The notes under the pieces are model-generated. The model made no database searches and was not told the origin of the DNA. It saw only the letters and a list, made by a program, of their open reading frames with translations. Below, piece by piece: positions 24,395-37,369 of a DNA stretch of 64,000 bases. Location of the stretch: contig RDEW01000003.1 in the NCBI GenBank assembly GCA_011109175.1, forward strand, positions 731,643-795,642, written 5' to 3'. Numbering within the stretch: position 1 is the stretch's first letter; each line of letters begins with the position of its first letter. The DNA comes from Dicyema japonicum (Eukaryota > Animalia > Dicyemida). A program made the translations under genes and the position numbers.

Positions 24395-26309
24395 CAGGGG
24401 TTCTCAACCTTTTTTTACTCGTCGACCCCTTGACTTTTTTTTCGACCTCCTTAATATTTAATCGACCCCTTAAAACTTTTTTATTTAGAACAGACAATTC
24501 TAAGTAAAATTAGTTAACTATATGAATTCATTGTTAATAATCAAATCAAACAAAAAAGTAAATAATCGATGTTAAGTTGGTATCTTAGCTTAAATCTATA
24601 ATAAAAAAAGAATTAAATACCAATGGGATCCCCGTGACTGATGTTTTTTGACCAAAGATTCTATATCTGGCTCTATTTGTGATATTTTTGAACGAATAAC
24701 TCCTCTAATGGACACATCCAATCTGTTTCGTTCTTTATTTATAATTCGATGTAGAACGCTAAATTTGCATTCAACAGAAAATAGAGTAGCAATTGTATTA
24801 TTTCTGTCCACAATTTTGGATAACTCTCTTTCAATTTCATATTTTGCCGAAAAATAACAGGTGATTGTGAATCATTATAATATAGTTTTAATTCTGGATT
24901 AAATTTTAACATAATTAATTCTTCTTTAATATTTTCTTTTTGTTCTTCTGGCTTTGACAAAATACGGATTAATCATCCAAGATGAAATTTCTAATTCAAG
25001 AATATCTTGGAATCGAAGAATCAAATCTTTTTCTATGCTTAATAAATGTTGCAAAAGTTGTTAATATCTTCATTAAATGTTTGACCAATTGAGTGGAATT
25101 CGGGAATGTTATAATAATTTCTTTTTTCCAAGTTATATTTATGTAACTTAATTTTTTCGATAAATATTTGAATAATTCTTTTACAATCTATTAACGTCAC
25201 ATACTTTCCCTGAAGTTCTAATGAAACTTCATTAAATTTTCCAATAATCCAAGTCAAATAAACAATTTCTTTCTTTTTCGATACAATTAAATCTGCTAAA
25301 TTTTTATCACCCTCAGAAGTAAGAAAATTTACGATTGTGTCAAATAATATTGAAAATCGTTCTAATGCATTTCCTTTGATAACCATCGTACCTATAAAAT
25401 AAAAGTGGAAACTATAACCTCAGTGTGAAGCACAAGACGGACATATGTTTCTTTAGCCTCATAGCAAAATTTTCTAAAAAGACGATCATACTTGCTTTAA
25501 TTTTGTTTATGGTTTTAATAACTATATTTAACGTTTCATGTAGAATTGGTGAAAGAGCTTTTGAAGCCTTTCACATAAAATATGTTCAACATTATCTGAC
25601 ATTTCGTCAATCCTGCGGCGAATTGAATCATTGCTAATTGGCACGGATTTTAAAATTTCGTCGGGATTTAAACCCATCAGATCTGATAGAATCACTGATA
25701 TAGATGGTTTGATGAGATTTTCACCAGAAACATGGGAACTCTCATTTTTGGCAATAATCATTGCAATTTTATAGGATGCAATTAGTCCTCCTAAATATAA
25801 TTTAAAATAACAACGACTATTGTTTCTTTCACTACTATTTGTAAAAACAGTGTCAATCGTTTTTTGTTTACGAAAAGAATCCTTTAATTCTTCAAAATAC
25901 TCTAATGGTTTATCTTTTTTATCGAATGTTTTCTCCTAAGATGATCCAACAATTTGGACGGTTTCATTGCATCATTTGATAATGACTTGTTACACATTAG
26001 GCAATATGGTCTATCATCAAAAGAATTTTTTTATAAATCCAAATGCCAAATATTCATTTTTATATTGACGAATTTTTAATGTAGAAGGACGACTCATACA
26101 CAAACAAAAACAAGCATGGTAATTTTAAAAATTTAAAAAAACAAAGGTTTACCACTTTAAAAATAAAATAACTTAATTTAAATTGAAAATATTAAATATA
26201 TTAAATTTATTTTCGACCCCCAAATATTTCATTTTCGACCCCCTTACGATCGATCTGGATTGATTTTAGACCGCTGAGGGTCGAATCGACCCCAGGTTGA
26301 GAACCCCTG
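24395..26309 (-). mobile_element. hAT DNA transposon (Charlie/Buster, ZBED5/8-like), intact termini, frameshifted transposase
   Basis: 16-bp TIR CAGGGGTTCTCAACCT / AGGTTGAGAACCCCTG; 8-bp TSD CTCTAAAC at 24387-24394 and 26310-26317; ORF pieces SGENLIKP..., PISNDSIRRRIDEMS, KGNALERF, FSVECKFS...KERNRLDV. Confidence 0.92.
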
Positions 26310-26813
26310 CTCTAAACGATGACGATTCCATGTCGCTGAATGAACAATCTTGATAATTTTATTTTGATAATATTTAAGTTGTAGAATTGAGATAAAATGA
26401 GGAGGTGGATCCGATGAGCTAGGTAAATCTAGAAGAAAGAAAAATTTTCAATCAAGTAGTCACATGACACCATCTGGTTAAATAAGAAATATATGATATT
26501 AATTTTCAAAGTGTCAATTAGCATTTCATTCTTCAGAACTATATTCAAATCACTCATCCAGGTCGGATAATTCAATAAGGTCGAACTTAAAAGTGCCGAA
26601 CTAACTTAAATTACGATTTTCCCGTCGCAAGTTGACTCGAAACTGTGAACAGGCTGTTTCTCAGAACGTGGAATCATCTATAATTTCTGATTTTCTAGAA
26701 GGTAAGAATTCAATGATCTCTATTTAAAGGAAGCATACAATCGATCGATGATCAGGATTTGAAAGATCAATCGGAGGAAATCAGTGACCTTCAGAAATCA
26801 GTCGAACCTTTGA

Positions 26814-27497
26814 ATGACCAAGTGGGAGATCTTAGAAAGAGTGTGTTATGTCCTGAAAACGAAATCAATGATGACTACTAAATCTTCATCCAAACTCCCA
26901 GGCCATAAAGAAAAATCCATTAATATCTTACATCTGGGTTTGACACTTGAAGAAATAAAGACTGGAAAAAATTACGGATGTAAGATTATGCAAAAACATG
27001 GCGAATTAAGCCAAGTCACTAATTTTTATGTTTACCCTGGATGTGAAAGTGGGACCATAATTAGATCCGAAGGAACGGAAGAAATCAACTTTGCAATTCA
27101 GATTTTTGCTGAGCCACATCTATTCTATATGAGAGATGGTGCCAACTTGATCTACACAGCCAAGATTTCAGTGCACGATATAATTTCTAGTAATCCTATT
27201 ACAATTCCTTTGCTGGGAGGAGGGATAAAGGAAATGCATCTACCTACACCATTTAGTTCTGCTTCTGAATTTTTAATTTCTAATGAAGGATTACTTTTCC
27301 CTAACAATCCTGATGAAATTGGATCTCTTATAGTTAAATTCGAAGTTTTATATCCTTCAAAATATCTAAATAAAAATTTAACTGGTTTTATTAATACTGA
27401 ACTACAAACCCTTGAGGGACATTCGTCGAGTATTTCTGTACGTAATTACTTCATCAAGAGGCTTGCACGTGAATACTTGTCAGTTAACAATGAATGA
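26814..27497 (+). CDS. Protein with DnaJ/Hsp40 (class B-like) C-terminal peptide-binding domain; no J domain visible
   Basis: LGLTLEEIKTG, YPGCESGT.I, EPHLFYMRDGANLIYTAKIS, IPLLGG, NEGL..PNNPDEIGSLIVKFEVLYP follow the DnaJ_C consensus; acidic upstream exon with a 28-nt intron at 26702-26729 is in a different frame. Confidence 0.8.
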   Translation: MTKWEILERVCYVLKTKSMMTTKSSSKLPGHKEKSINILHLGLTLEEIKTGKNYGCKIMQKHGELSQVTNFYVYPGCESGTIIRSEGTEEINFAIQIFAEPHLFYMRDGANLIYTAKISVHDIISSNPITIPLLGGGIKEMHLPTPFSSASEFLISNEGLLFPNNPDEIGSLIVKFEVLYPSKYLNKNLTGFINTELQTLEGHSSSISVRNYFIKRLAREYLSVNNE

Positions 27498-28124
27498 AAA
27501 TTGCGGATCATAATGCTACTAACATACTTAATTGATTAATTTTTGGTAACAATCTAATCTTTTTTATTATTAAGTCAAAAATTATTATTTTTGCCTATAA
27601 TATAGAACTTGAGAAGCATAAAACTTAATTTCTTCAAGACAACTTGGATTTGTATCCTCACAATACTTTGGTCACTTAAAAAGTCATCAAAAAAACAAAA
27701 AAGTAGCATTATAAAATTCACAATCTCTAATTAGATCTTTATTGGTTCATGTTGTCGCTCGCATCGAATTAGCTGTGGATTTAATTTCCACGTCGTTCAT
27801 TAGTTGGTCAAGGGTGTCCTTTCCTCTACAATTCCTAGGTAACATCATCGATCCACCCAACTCTAAGGTGCTTTGTGTTTAATTGACATACATAAAGAAT
27901 CCCTCTCTACTCAACTCCGCTTGACGGGTATTCCCATATGTGAGTAAGATAAAACAAATTTCATGTATATATGGTGTTATTAAATGACGTTCTCTTTTCT
28001 AAGTGCCCCAGTCTCTAGTGATTTACCAAAATATTGTCAGCAAAAGAACTAACCTAAAACAAATTAGAATCATTATTTTTATATTTTTTTATAATTAATA
28101 AATTTATTTTCAAAACACAAAAAA

Positions 28125-28310
28125 CAATCCAAATGGTCCCCGCCAACACAATCTACGTTGAGTTACCTCTCGCGAACGCAACAGAAATCAGCTGGAGAAG
28201 CCACCGAGACTCACGTGTGTCGTGGCTTTTTAGTGTAGCTAGGCGTCCTAGTTTCAGATATTCGAGTCCTTCCATAGTACTTTTTCCACAAAGATTTGAG
28301 TTGGATTCGC
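28125..28310 (-). mobile_element. CRE LINE 3' tip
   Basis: DTRESRWLLQLISVAFARGNS. Confidence 0.6.
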
Positions 28311-28915
28311 TTCTACTTTACATAGTTTAAAAATTTCACTATAGAATCTCTCGATTCAACCATTTCACTCATTTACGCAAGAAGAGCGGAGACAATGTTG
28401 TATTTACGAGAGGCGATGAACGCATTCAGTGATCCCAGTATCCCTCTGACAAGAGGATTTAACTTTATAAATAAACGGTCATCTTTTTGTGATTCACTAA
28501 TAAATTCTAAAAAAACAGAATCCAAACCCTCAGAAGCAGGACCTAGAAAATTTCAAATGTCTCCCAGCTTTAATTTTATTTTATTGAGTGGATAAATTAA
28601 ACATGTTCCTGGTTAGATTCCTCCCGCTGGTGCAGAAAGACATTATTCTGATAGATTCTAAAAATATCAACCGTCCAAAGTTCAATAATTAGAAGATTTA
28701 AAAAATATTGAACAAAAAGCAGAAAACACAAGACCCGTAGACAAAAAAAGATATCGTAGTTAGATCAACTTCAAGAAAGAATTACTACCTAAAGTTGACA
28801 ATGAACATAATTTCAAAATAAGAAAGTACTAACTCCACCTTTGCCCTCCTCAACTCTTTGAGGTCCCATTTGGGAACACAGAGTATACTAAATAGCCCCT
28901 TTACTATAGGCGGTG

Positions 28916-29575
28916 CTATTCCTCAAACCCCTTTCGCCACACCCCTCCAGTGCTTCTAGCTCTGTCTCCAAGCAATCTTGCCACAGATCTGCTCGATTCA
29001 TTTACTGGGTGGTCTGGGCATGTCGTCAATTCTTCATAAGTGATCTGTGCTCCATACAACACTAGGGAGTTGTCACTCAGTGACCCTACTGGCTTCGCCT
29101 CCACCACAAAAGCCACAGCCTTATTGATACAGGTTAACACTACTCCGTTAACCTTACAATGAGGGATCTTGCGGGTAAAACTAAGATCCTCAAGTGAGTA
29201 ATTTACCGCTGGAGCGAGATTCCGCCCGAAAACCTCATAAACATGCTTGAGCTGCAACGTATCACAGCTCTGCTGCTCGTGCTCTCTTTGACAGTTGTGG
29301 TTATCTGGTCCCCGCCCCTTTAGACCGGTACCCTCTTTGCCTACAGCCATTTTTTTGAGTTTCATCACAGATATAGCAGTATCGAATCTGCCTCTGCAGA
29401 GCTCCGCCAAGTATTGCCAACGATTGCCTGCTACGTACCTGCAGGACTACCTGCCTCGCCCATTCTTTTGGGTCAGCTGCCACAACGCTCTCGGATATGG
29501 CAAAAATTACATTCTTACCATCTGGTAACTCAAGTCACCCTTCACCTTTTTTTCTTTCAACATTTTGACCAACTA
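28916..29575 (-). mobile_element. Second copy of the 640-1330 repeat (164-aa ORF, possible APE remnant)
   Basis: Same reading frame open as in 640-1242; shared blocks such as GPDNHNCQREHE and CINKAVA..VEAKPVGSL. Confidence 0.4.
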
Positions 29576-30910
29576 TGTTAGGAATTAAATATTAATAAAA
29601 CTTAAATTTATTTTTTGTTCATTCAAAATATTTTTTCTAAAAATACTTTGTTCATTGTTTCTCAAAATTATTGATTTTATTTTTTTAAAATCAGCTGCAA
29701 TATTAAGGAACAAAAATTCATTTTTCTAAGTCTAACTCAATATTTTCTTTATTTTATTAGCATTGTATTCTTTAGAACATATTCAAATGACACTGATATC
29801 GGAAGAACTATCAATAACTATTAAGTACCTAATAATTCTGATTCTGGATGAGTCACTCAATCTTATTCATCCGCCACAAATTGAGTATGGACCTTGTTGA
29901 ATCAGTTCTACAGGATTAGACAGCAAACGGGATTGGTTCCAAGAACTTTACTCTTAAAAAGACTCGGATGAAATCCTTTGTGAAAAAAGCTAAATGAACT
30001 TGAAAGATTCCTCGAATACCCATCTTTGCACATGTCTGAATTCAACCTCTGCTGAGAATTTAGGGTCTTGGTTCAATGTCTTCCGCTACCGGCAGTTGGT
30101 ACTCTGCTTGACAGTAATACAGTTTTAGTTGTTCTTCTGCTTGGGCTTGGTCTCTACCTCTACTTTGAACTGTAGACCCCTGTTTTAGATAACTTAGGCA
30201 CCCACTTTTCACGGTCGTGTACAAACCTTCTCATGTCGTGAGATGTATTCAGGTATTGATACAATTTGGTGATTTGAGGTTCCAGACTAGAACAGCCATT
30301 AATTTCCGAGTTCCTTATAAGTTTGTGCAAGATCGCTGCCCGAATGATCCCTGATGTGATTCAAGACTTTCTGTAGAATATTAAACAAGATTATCAAACG
30401 TAGGTTTATTTTTCACTTTGTCAATAACCTTAGTGACTTTCGAAAGTATTATTGATATTTCTAGTTGTGGAATGTCCACGTGTAAATAGAATATTTCTAT
30501 TGGAGCATTAAGCAATTTCTCAAAGTACACGTACTTGAGATCCGCATCAATAATCTCAAAAAATGAAATTCACAGCTGTCCACATAAACGTCTCACCGAA
30601 GTATTCTTCCATCGCGATGATCCCGTGTATATCCATTCATATTTTGTGTCTGAAAAAGCATCCATCAAGTCTGTAACCTCGAAGCTTAAAGCCTTTTTTG
30701 TGTCAATTACTCCGAACAATGTCCTGAGCTGCCCCAATCCTCGCTCCTCCATACAATCACGATGCCTTCGAGCGATGCTTCTGTCAACCCATAAAAACCG
30801 GATCTCTTTTTAGACTCTACCTTCGTATTAAAATTCCTCGCAGTAGCCAAAAAGGTGATACTTTGTTCACAGAATGAATTGAGGAAGTACAATTTTGTGA
30901 TTTCCTTATA

Positions 30911-31282
30911 TTGATTTACGTAGGACCACGCCAAATATATAAGCAACTCCCGTCTACTCCGAACAAAATGTGTAGTGATGAGGATAAGCACGATTTTAAT
31001 TTTGTATCACCTGAAGAAGACGACTTTGTAACCGATAGTGATTCTGACGATGAGTTCCCCCAGTTTTACATCGAAGAATCAGAAATGCAACAAATTCTGC
31101 AATCTGACGACTCGTTTATAATATGGAGTGATGATGGGGAATACTGGGAGTTGGACGTGATGCTACATATTAACAGCGCTGATGTCATCTCACATGTTGA
31201 GGATATGGGATCAGAGAATTCCGGAGACCATAACATAGCTAATGAGTCATTAGAGATTGTCGAAAAACCTAATAATTCATAA
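30911..31282 (+). CDS. Hypothetical acidic (D/E/S-rich) protein
   Basis: 123-aa ORF with a strongly acidic tract (SPEEDDFVTDSDSDDEF); no recognisable domain. Confidence 0.3.
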   Translation: MIYVGPRQIYKQLPSTPNKMCSDEDKHDFNFVSPEEDDFVTDSDSDDEFPQFYIEESEMQQILQSDDSFIIWSDDGEYWELDVMLHINSADVISHVEDMGSENSGDHNIANESLEIVEKPNNS

Positions 31283-31406
31283 AGTCTGAGTCGGACAAAA
31301 CTGAGACTTTTGAATAACTTAATTTTTTAATTTATTTTTTATTAAATTACTAGTTAGAAATATTTTAAGAATATTTAGGCACCGGTCTGCCTACATGAAG
31401 GCACAA

Positions 31407-31706
31407 GGAAGTAGGTATGGCTGTTAGACACCTGTCTCCTTACTTGAAGGGACAGGAAGTAGGTATGGCTGTTAGACACCTGTCTCCTTACTTGAAGGGA
31501 CAGGAAGTAGGTATGGCTGTTAGACACCTGTCTCCTTACTTAAAGGGACAGGAAGTAGGTATGGCTGTTAGACACCTGTCTCCTTACTTGGAGGGACAGG
31601 AAGTAGGTATGGCTGTTAGACACCTGTCTCCTTACTTAAAGGGAAAGGAAGTAGGTATGGCTGTTAGACACCTGTCTCCTTACTTGAGGGAAAGGAAGTA
31701 GGTATG
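31407..31706 (+). repeat. 48-bp minisatellite, ~6.3 copies
   Basis: Unit GGAAGTAGGTATGGCTGTTAGACACCTGTCTCCTTACTTGAAGGGACA repeated head to tail with few substitutions. Confidence 0.95.
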
Positions 31707-32201
31707 TCTTTGATTACATAAGCGTTTTCATTAATGTAATCTACGTTGTATATCGATAGCATTGTCTTGTAGTTTTTTTTTGTGAAAACCTATATTGTTA
31801 ACAAAATGGGAGATGAACCTGTATGTTAGACACAGCAAGTAATCCTGAAGTATGTAAGTTTAGTACTTTCTATGGTATGACTCCACGTAGTCTGAAATAT
31901 TTGAGACAAGGATGGTATCTTGCTTAGCATTCAACGTGCACTGACACTTCCTTTAATGGGAATTCACTTAACTCATCTTTGCACGCCGGTTTCGCAGCCA
32001 GCACTACGGAAGATTTTAGAAAGAGGAAGTTACCATAGCATCGTGGACTGGTTCGTAAGAGACCTAGCTCGCAACAGAAGAAGGCTGACGGAGAGGATGA
32101 TGATTTCTAATACGGCAAAAGGGAAACTTAATTAATTTATCTTTTCTCGGGAGTTTTTTAATAATAATGGATAAATCCAATTGCCTTTAACGATAGCAAA
32201 T

Positions 32202-32470
32202 AGCCGTGTAGCTAAGAAAAGTCATTATGGTTTCGGGCTTGAATTCCGCTAATGTGCATTCTGGCTAAGGTTCCACGCATCTATGATGCTTTGGGCATAA
32301 AGAGTTACGCCATCTTCTACCAATCGTCTGAATACTTCACTGCTGAACCAAATCGTCTGAATAGAACCCACACGCTAAAAAAGTTAAAGAAATTTCAGGT
32401 TCCTCCCTTTCAACGATTAGTTATATAAGTGTTCTTTCTCAAATAAAGTGTCCTTCCTATGCGTGAATAG
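32202..32470 (+). mobile_element. Degenerate tRNA-derived SINE related to 7687-8005
   Basis: Starts AGCCGTGTAGCTAAG, decayed B box GGGCTTGAATTCCG, shares AAGGTTC and GTTCTT..CAAATAAAGTGT..CCTATGC with the 7.7-8.0 kb copy. Confidence 0.55.
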
Positions 32471-33349
32471 CCTGTCATTATTAATAGCAACATAACAAAG
32501 AAGACTTTAAAGTTGATATTTCATCATCTTCGCTGAATATACTATGCGTCCATTTTTTCAATCGTTCCGTGGATACATTTGAATCAGCAAGGTAAATGAA
32601 CTCGATTGCTTTGAACTTGGAAGTTTTGAAATTAGTCAGCCATAAATACGTTTCAATAGCTTACGGAAAGTTTCAAGACTAATATTATAACTTAAATCGT
32701 TTATGCACAAAGATATTAAGTTCCCAGTATTTCTCCATCTTTAGTGCCCAGTATTTCAATCCGTTGATCTTTACTGTAAGTGACATTGACTGTATTCATC
32801 AATTTAGATCCAAGATTTCAATGAAAAGCTCTCAAGAAATATGGCTATTCTCTTCATTGATTCATTTGACTCATAATACTAATTATTACAATATCATTGA
32901 CTCGTATTTTCTGGGATTTATAGCATCTTGTGTATCTTTAATATATCCTAGAATCCAACAAACATACTTTTGTGGAACAATAATAAATAACTAGGATCCT
33001 TTTCCTTATTCAGAATGTAGTTGTGAATATTTATTAACTCCGATTTCGAAATTTAAAATTCTAAGTGTTTCGTTCGATATAAATCAAACTTTGGATTCCG
33101 TGATTTTAAGGAATCGTCCGACAGTATAATCATAATTTGTTCACAAATAACTCTGAACATTGTAACTCAGTGATAGATACTCTTAGTTTTTCAAAAAATA
33201 TTAGATTTTATAAATCAATTATTTGAATTATTTTCACTAATTTAATAATCACTTCCATTGATGCTAAAATATTTGTTATCAAAAAAGTTCGATTGGTTAT
33301 ATTTTATATTTATTATTAACTTTTGAATTTCTTAATCTATTTTCGACGC

Positions 33350-33780
33350 TAAAGCCCTCTCCTGCTGAACGAACGCAGATGTCCGAGGCACAGAGCCATT
33401 AACTGAGTTATTGCGATGGGAAGAAGATACTGGATTCTCTGTCAGTTGGATCCTCTTGGATAGGTTTTAGTCAAAAAAGATCTGTCAACTCTCTAGGGAA
33501 AGCCTGGGATGCCACCTGTGTGGATAGATTCTTTCCTGTAATCTTTCCCGTACAGCAACCAACCCAGGATGAGCCTTAAGAAAAAGAAATACGAAAGTTT
33601 CTGTGGAAAGTTCATTTTTGAAATAGTCGCTTTCGAAACATCAAGAGTCATTGAAAGCGAATCATTAATCTTGTTGAATCAGATTGGATCGCTTATTGCG
33701 AGGAGGAAAACGGATGAGTTGTTCATTGAGCGAATTTCCTTAAAAATCTTGAGGGGAAATGCTTTTCGATTTTGAGATAG
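33350..33780 (+). mobile_element. CRE LINE RLE/3' fragment
   Basis: GKAWDATCVD, KKKKYESF..KFIFE.VAFETS, FIERISLKILRGNA. Confidence 0.7.
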
Positions 33781-33849
33781 AAAGTTTCGTCAATAAAGTT
33801 ATTTAATATAGTCACTACAAGAGGTTACACATCAAACTGAGAATTTTTT

Positions 33850-35960
33850 TTAAAAACAAATGAAGCGAGAAAATGGATTATTAGAATGTTTTCGGGGATT
33901 GATTTTTGACTTGCTTAGAAGCATGAACTGGGTCCTGGAAAATTTTCGGAGAATAACTATCAAACACGTAGAGTCCGAAGCCAGGTTCCGACTATTAGCA
34001 AAAGGGAATTTTGTCATCCCGTCGGGTATTTGCCATCCATTCGAGTGAGAGTAGTCGGCTCCAAAATGCAGTGGTGGCCAGCATAGGAAAGTGCATTTTT
34101 CAACATCATGCTGAGAAAGGCCGGAGGTCAACCTGCACGACAGTGGATGGTTGCCATATGGATTGACGACATTTTTACACACTTTAAGATTAAGACGTAG
34201 CGAATCGACTATTCTCACTGTCTCATTATCCAGCAGGTTGTCAATCTCGGCACAAGGATAAACGTTCACTCATTTACTTGCTGAATGGCAGCTACCCGTT
34301 TTGAGACATCCAATTCTTCTCGCATCCCTAATACTCTCAGGATGCTTCATCTTTTTTCAGACACCTCTAGATTACGCTTTCTGATTAGCGCCGCCCTCCG
34401 AAATATTAAAAGATAGGCCTTCCACATATCCACAGCTTCAGATAGTGTCATTCAGTCTGGAATAGGAATTGAAGACCTTATCCATTAAATTCTTCGTAGA
34501 TCTAAGAGAAAAAATATGCACTTAATCCCAATCTTCCAAAACCAACAAACAGAGTTGCCTGAAACCATCCGTAGTCATCAAAACGTATATTTAAAATCGC
34601 TTAAATGGTTTACTCAACTTCATCATCAAGTAGAGATATGATGTCTTCTTCATAACAAAGGAAACTTCGGAATTGAAAAACACTTTTGGAAACAGGAGAT
34701 ATTTTTAGCATAAAATTCGACCTTTATTCCAATCCAAGGAAATCAATATAGAGAGGTCCGTAATTCGATTCGATAACAACTTTTATTTTTTTCTAAAGAA
34801 GCATATAATTTCACACTCATGTTCAAGTTAACCACTTCACATTCTCTGTGTTGACTTCAAGCCCAATGCTCGACAATTATCTGAAATTGATATCAATTTT
34901 GAAAATACGTTTTCATGGCTTCCTCAGGGATGAATATGATAGGTGGACAAATAATTATCGCAGCATTGGGCTTGAAATTAACACAAATAGTGTATCTGAT
35001 AGGTAGACAAAGATACATATTTTAAGATGATACTCCCTTTGTATAGGCTTCAACTTCATTATCCTTACTGGTAAGGCAGTTTTCCAGCTTGTCGTTTCCG
35101 AGAGGGCAGCCAAAGGAAGTGTGCTTTGTCCAATGAATACATGCTGAAACCCGGGAGTAGAGAAGTTTGGAGATGAGCAGGAAATATTGATCAGTTCCGA
35201 TTTCATAACATTGACACTTAAACCCAATTGATTTAGAGCTGGAATTGTTGAAGAAATATCCTGATATACGTTCTCCCATTGGCCAGCTATTGTGGCGCCG
35301 TCCAAGTACCACAGGTGAGTTTGCTGTTTATGTTTCATGCCACTGTGTCAATTGTGATTGCAAAAAAGCAAAGGCCCTAGAGGGTCTCCATGGTGAACGC
35401 CTGTGCGTGAATAAACGAAATCGTTTCCGTAAACTAAGGCTGAGTCCGTCCCATAGGATAAGTGTACAAGTAGGCGAATCTCTGGAGGTCTCTTCCAACA
35501 AGTTTCCAAAATACAGTATCTCCTCAGCGTGTTGAAGGCATTTGCTACATTAAGCTTCAGGCCTAGCCTTTGGGTCTGAGATTTATCGTTGTTGAAGTAG
35601 CTCCTCAGGCCGTGGACTGCTGCCTCGGAACCGCCGGTCACTCCCACCCCAAGTTGAGTCGGAATAAGCTTTTCAGCAACATTTTGGGAGACTCTCCGGC
35701 AGCGATTTTAGCAGCAAGCCTTCGAAAGTATGTAACGATCGCAATTGGGCGGACACCTCCATCTCCTTTTCAGAAAGCCAATAGATGTCCACAAAAAAAG
35801 ATCTCTAGCAAATTTTGGAATATCACCATTAACTATTCGAGTGAGCAGCAAGGATAGACGTTAACAAGGCACGGCCGGCTTCAGCAGTAGCTTCTGAGGT
35901 TAAGTCCTTTATATGGCTGGGCGCAGTCCGTCCAGACCTCCGCAACTACTGGAAGTAAAA
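33850..35960 (-). mobile_element. CRE-clade LINE, RT plus RLE, decayed (longest CRE copy)
   Basis: DGLRP.HIKDL, GDGGVRPIAI..YFRRLAAK, QLGVG..GGSEAAVH, KLNVANAFN, GVHHGDPLGPLLFC, WYLDG, LRLNLKVC, GNHPLSC, IPDGMT.FPF. Confidence 0.85.
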
Positions 35961-36984
35961 GTAGTATTTCTTGAATGTAACGTGATCCATAGATGGGCAG
36001 TGAACAGAGTCAGACTTGGCCTGATTAGATTTCTGCATGTTCTTTTCTGATTTTCCATTCTTTCCTCTTCTTTCTTCTTAGCACTACAACAACCATAACA
36101 AATAACGAGATTTTAACAAACCTCATTTTCAGACTCATTAAAAAAAAGATGAGGTCGCTGTTGGAATGTATTGGGATCACATGTTAATTAGTTTCGTTTT
36201 ACATTGGTCTTTGGTTGTTAAATAAAAAAACCAACATAAAATTTCAATTACTGTTTAGAAATAACATGCAATAAATACTTCATATTAGGAATACGATGAA
36301 TATAGGAGCAAAGCATAGGAATTTGCTCCCTACCCGTGGAGGCAAATTCAGGAAAGTGCGCACATACGATAAATTTTGTTTAATCTTTAATTGGTCCAAG
36401 AAGCAAAAAATGGTGATTTATATCCCCAATCTACAATTAAAATAATTAAAGCTTTTAAGAGATGTGAAAAATTTACAAACTTCCCACTTTCGAATGACTT
36501 TTGTGATAATGTCATTATTAATAGTAAAATAAAGTTGTCCACATTCACATTCGATTTAGTTGACTCCTACATGTGAACACTCGTGTAGGACTTTTGCCAT
36601 GATCTACATTTCAGTTGAGTATCAAGGGATATGACTAATTTCGGATCTGTAAATCTGAGAAAAACCCTTTTGATAATAACAAATGTACAATACCTTTTAC
36701 TGATTATACTAAAATTATGAATCTTCTAAGAAGCTTGTATTTTCCTTTCCTCATAAGATGTTAGGGAATTTATTTTGCAAAATATCTTTCAAAATTTGAT
36801 ACTCCGAACAATCTTTCACGAAACTTCTGTAAGAAGCCACTAAAAATATTCTGACACACGCTTGAAATCACGCTATAAATTTAGGGTTGCCACCATAAAA
36901 AGTAAAATTATAATATTCAAAAATATTCGATTGGACCGTCTACGCATACGTAACCATGCCATGTGACATATCATTCCTTATATA

Positions 36985-37240
36985 CCAAAAAAAGTTAAAA
37001 AACTAGTTAAATGTATCCAATTTCCACTGCTACAGAACAGAGTCCATCCGGAACCAGCATAAAAGGTAAAAGACGTCGATTGATTGCAGTTGTGGAAACC
37101 CCTTCAATGAAGTGAGGGAGAGCAAATGATCCTTCTTCGTGCCAGCCTGGCACTGGGCGCCATGGATTACATGACGGCACTCTAGTAGGAAGGGAAAGAG
37201 GAGTAACAAACAAAACAAAAAGAAAACTTTAACCTATTAA
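36985..37240 (-). mobile_element. SINE-like family copy 3 (internal deletion in the 5' structure)
   Basis: Reverse-complement similarity to 9750-9998. Confidence 0.8.
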
Positions 37241-37369
37241 CGACGTTTTTATTTGTTATGTAAACTTTTTAATTTTTTAATGTCAAGTTGTAGTCATTTA
37301 AAAAATAATAATTAAAAAATAATTATAACAATTGAATATTAATTTTTCAATTTTTAATAAAACGTGATT

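Noticed and set aside
29330-29400. Gag zinc knuckle (YCYICD)
   Set aside because: No H/C at CCHC spacing; frame has conserved stops in both copies.
31407-31706. CRISPR array
   Set aside because: Units are contiguous with no unique spacers, there are no cas genes, and the context is eukaryotic.
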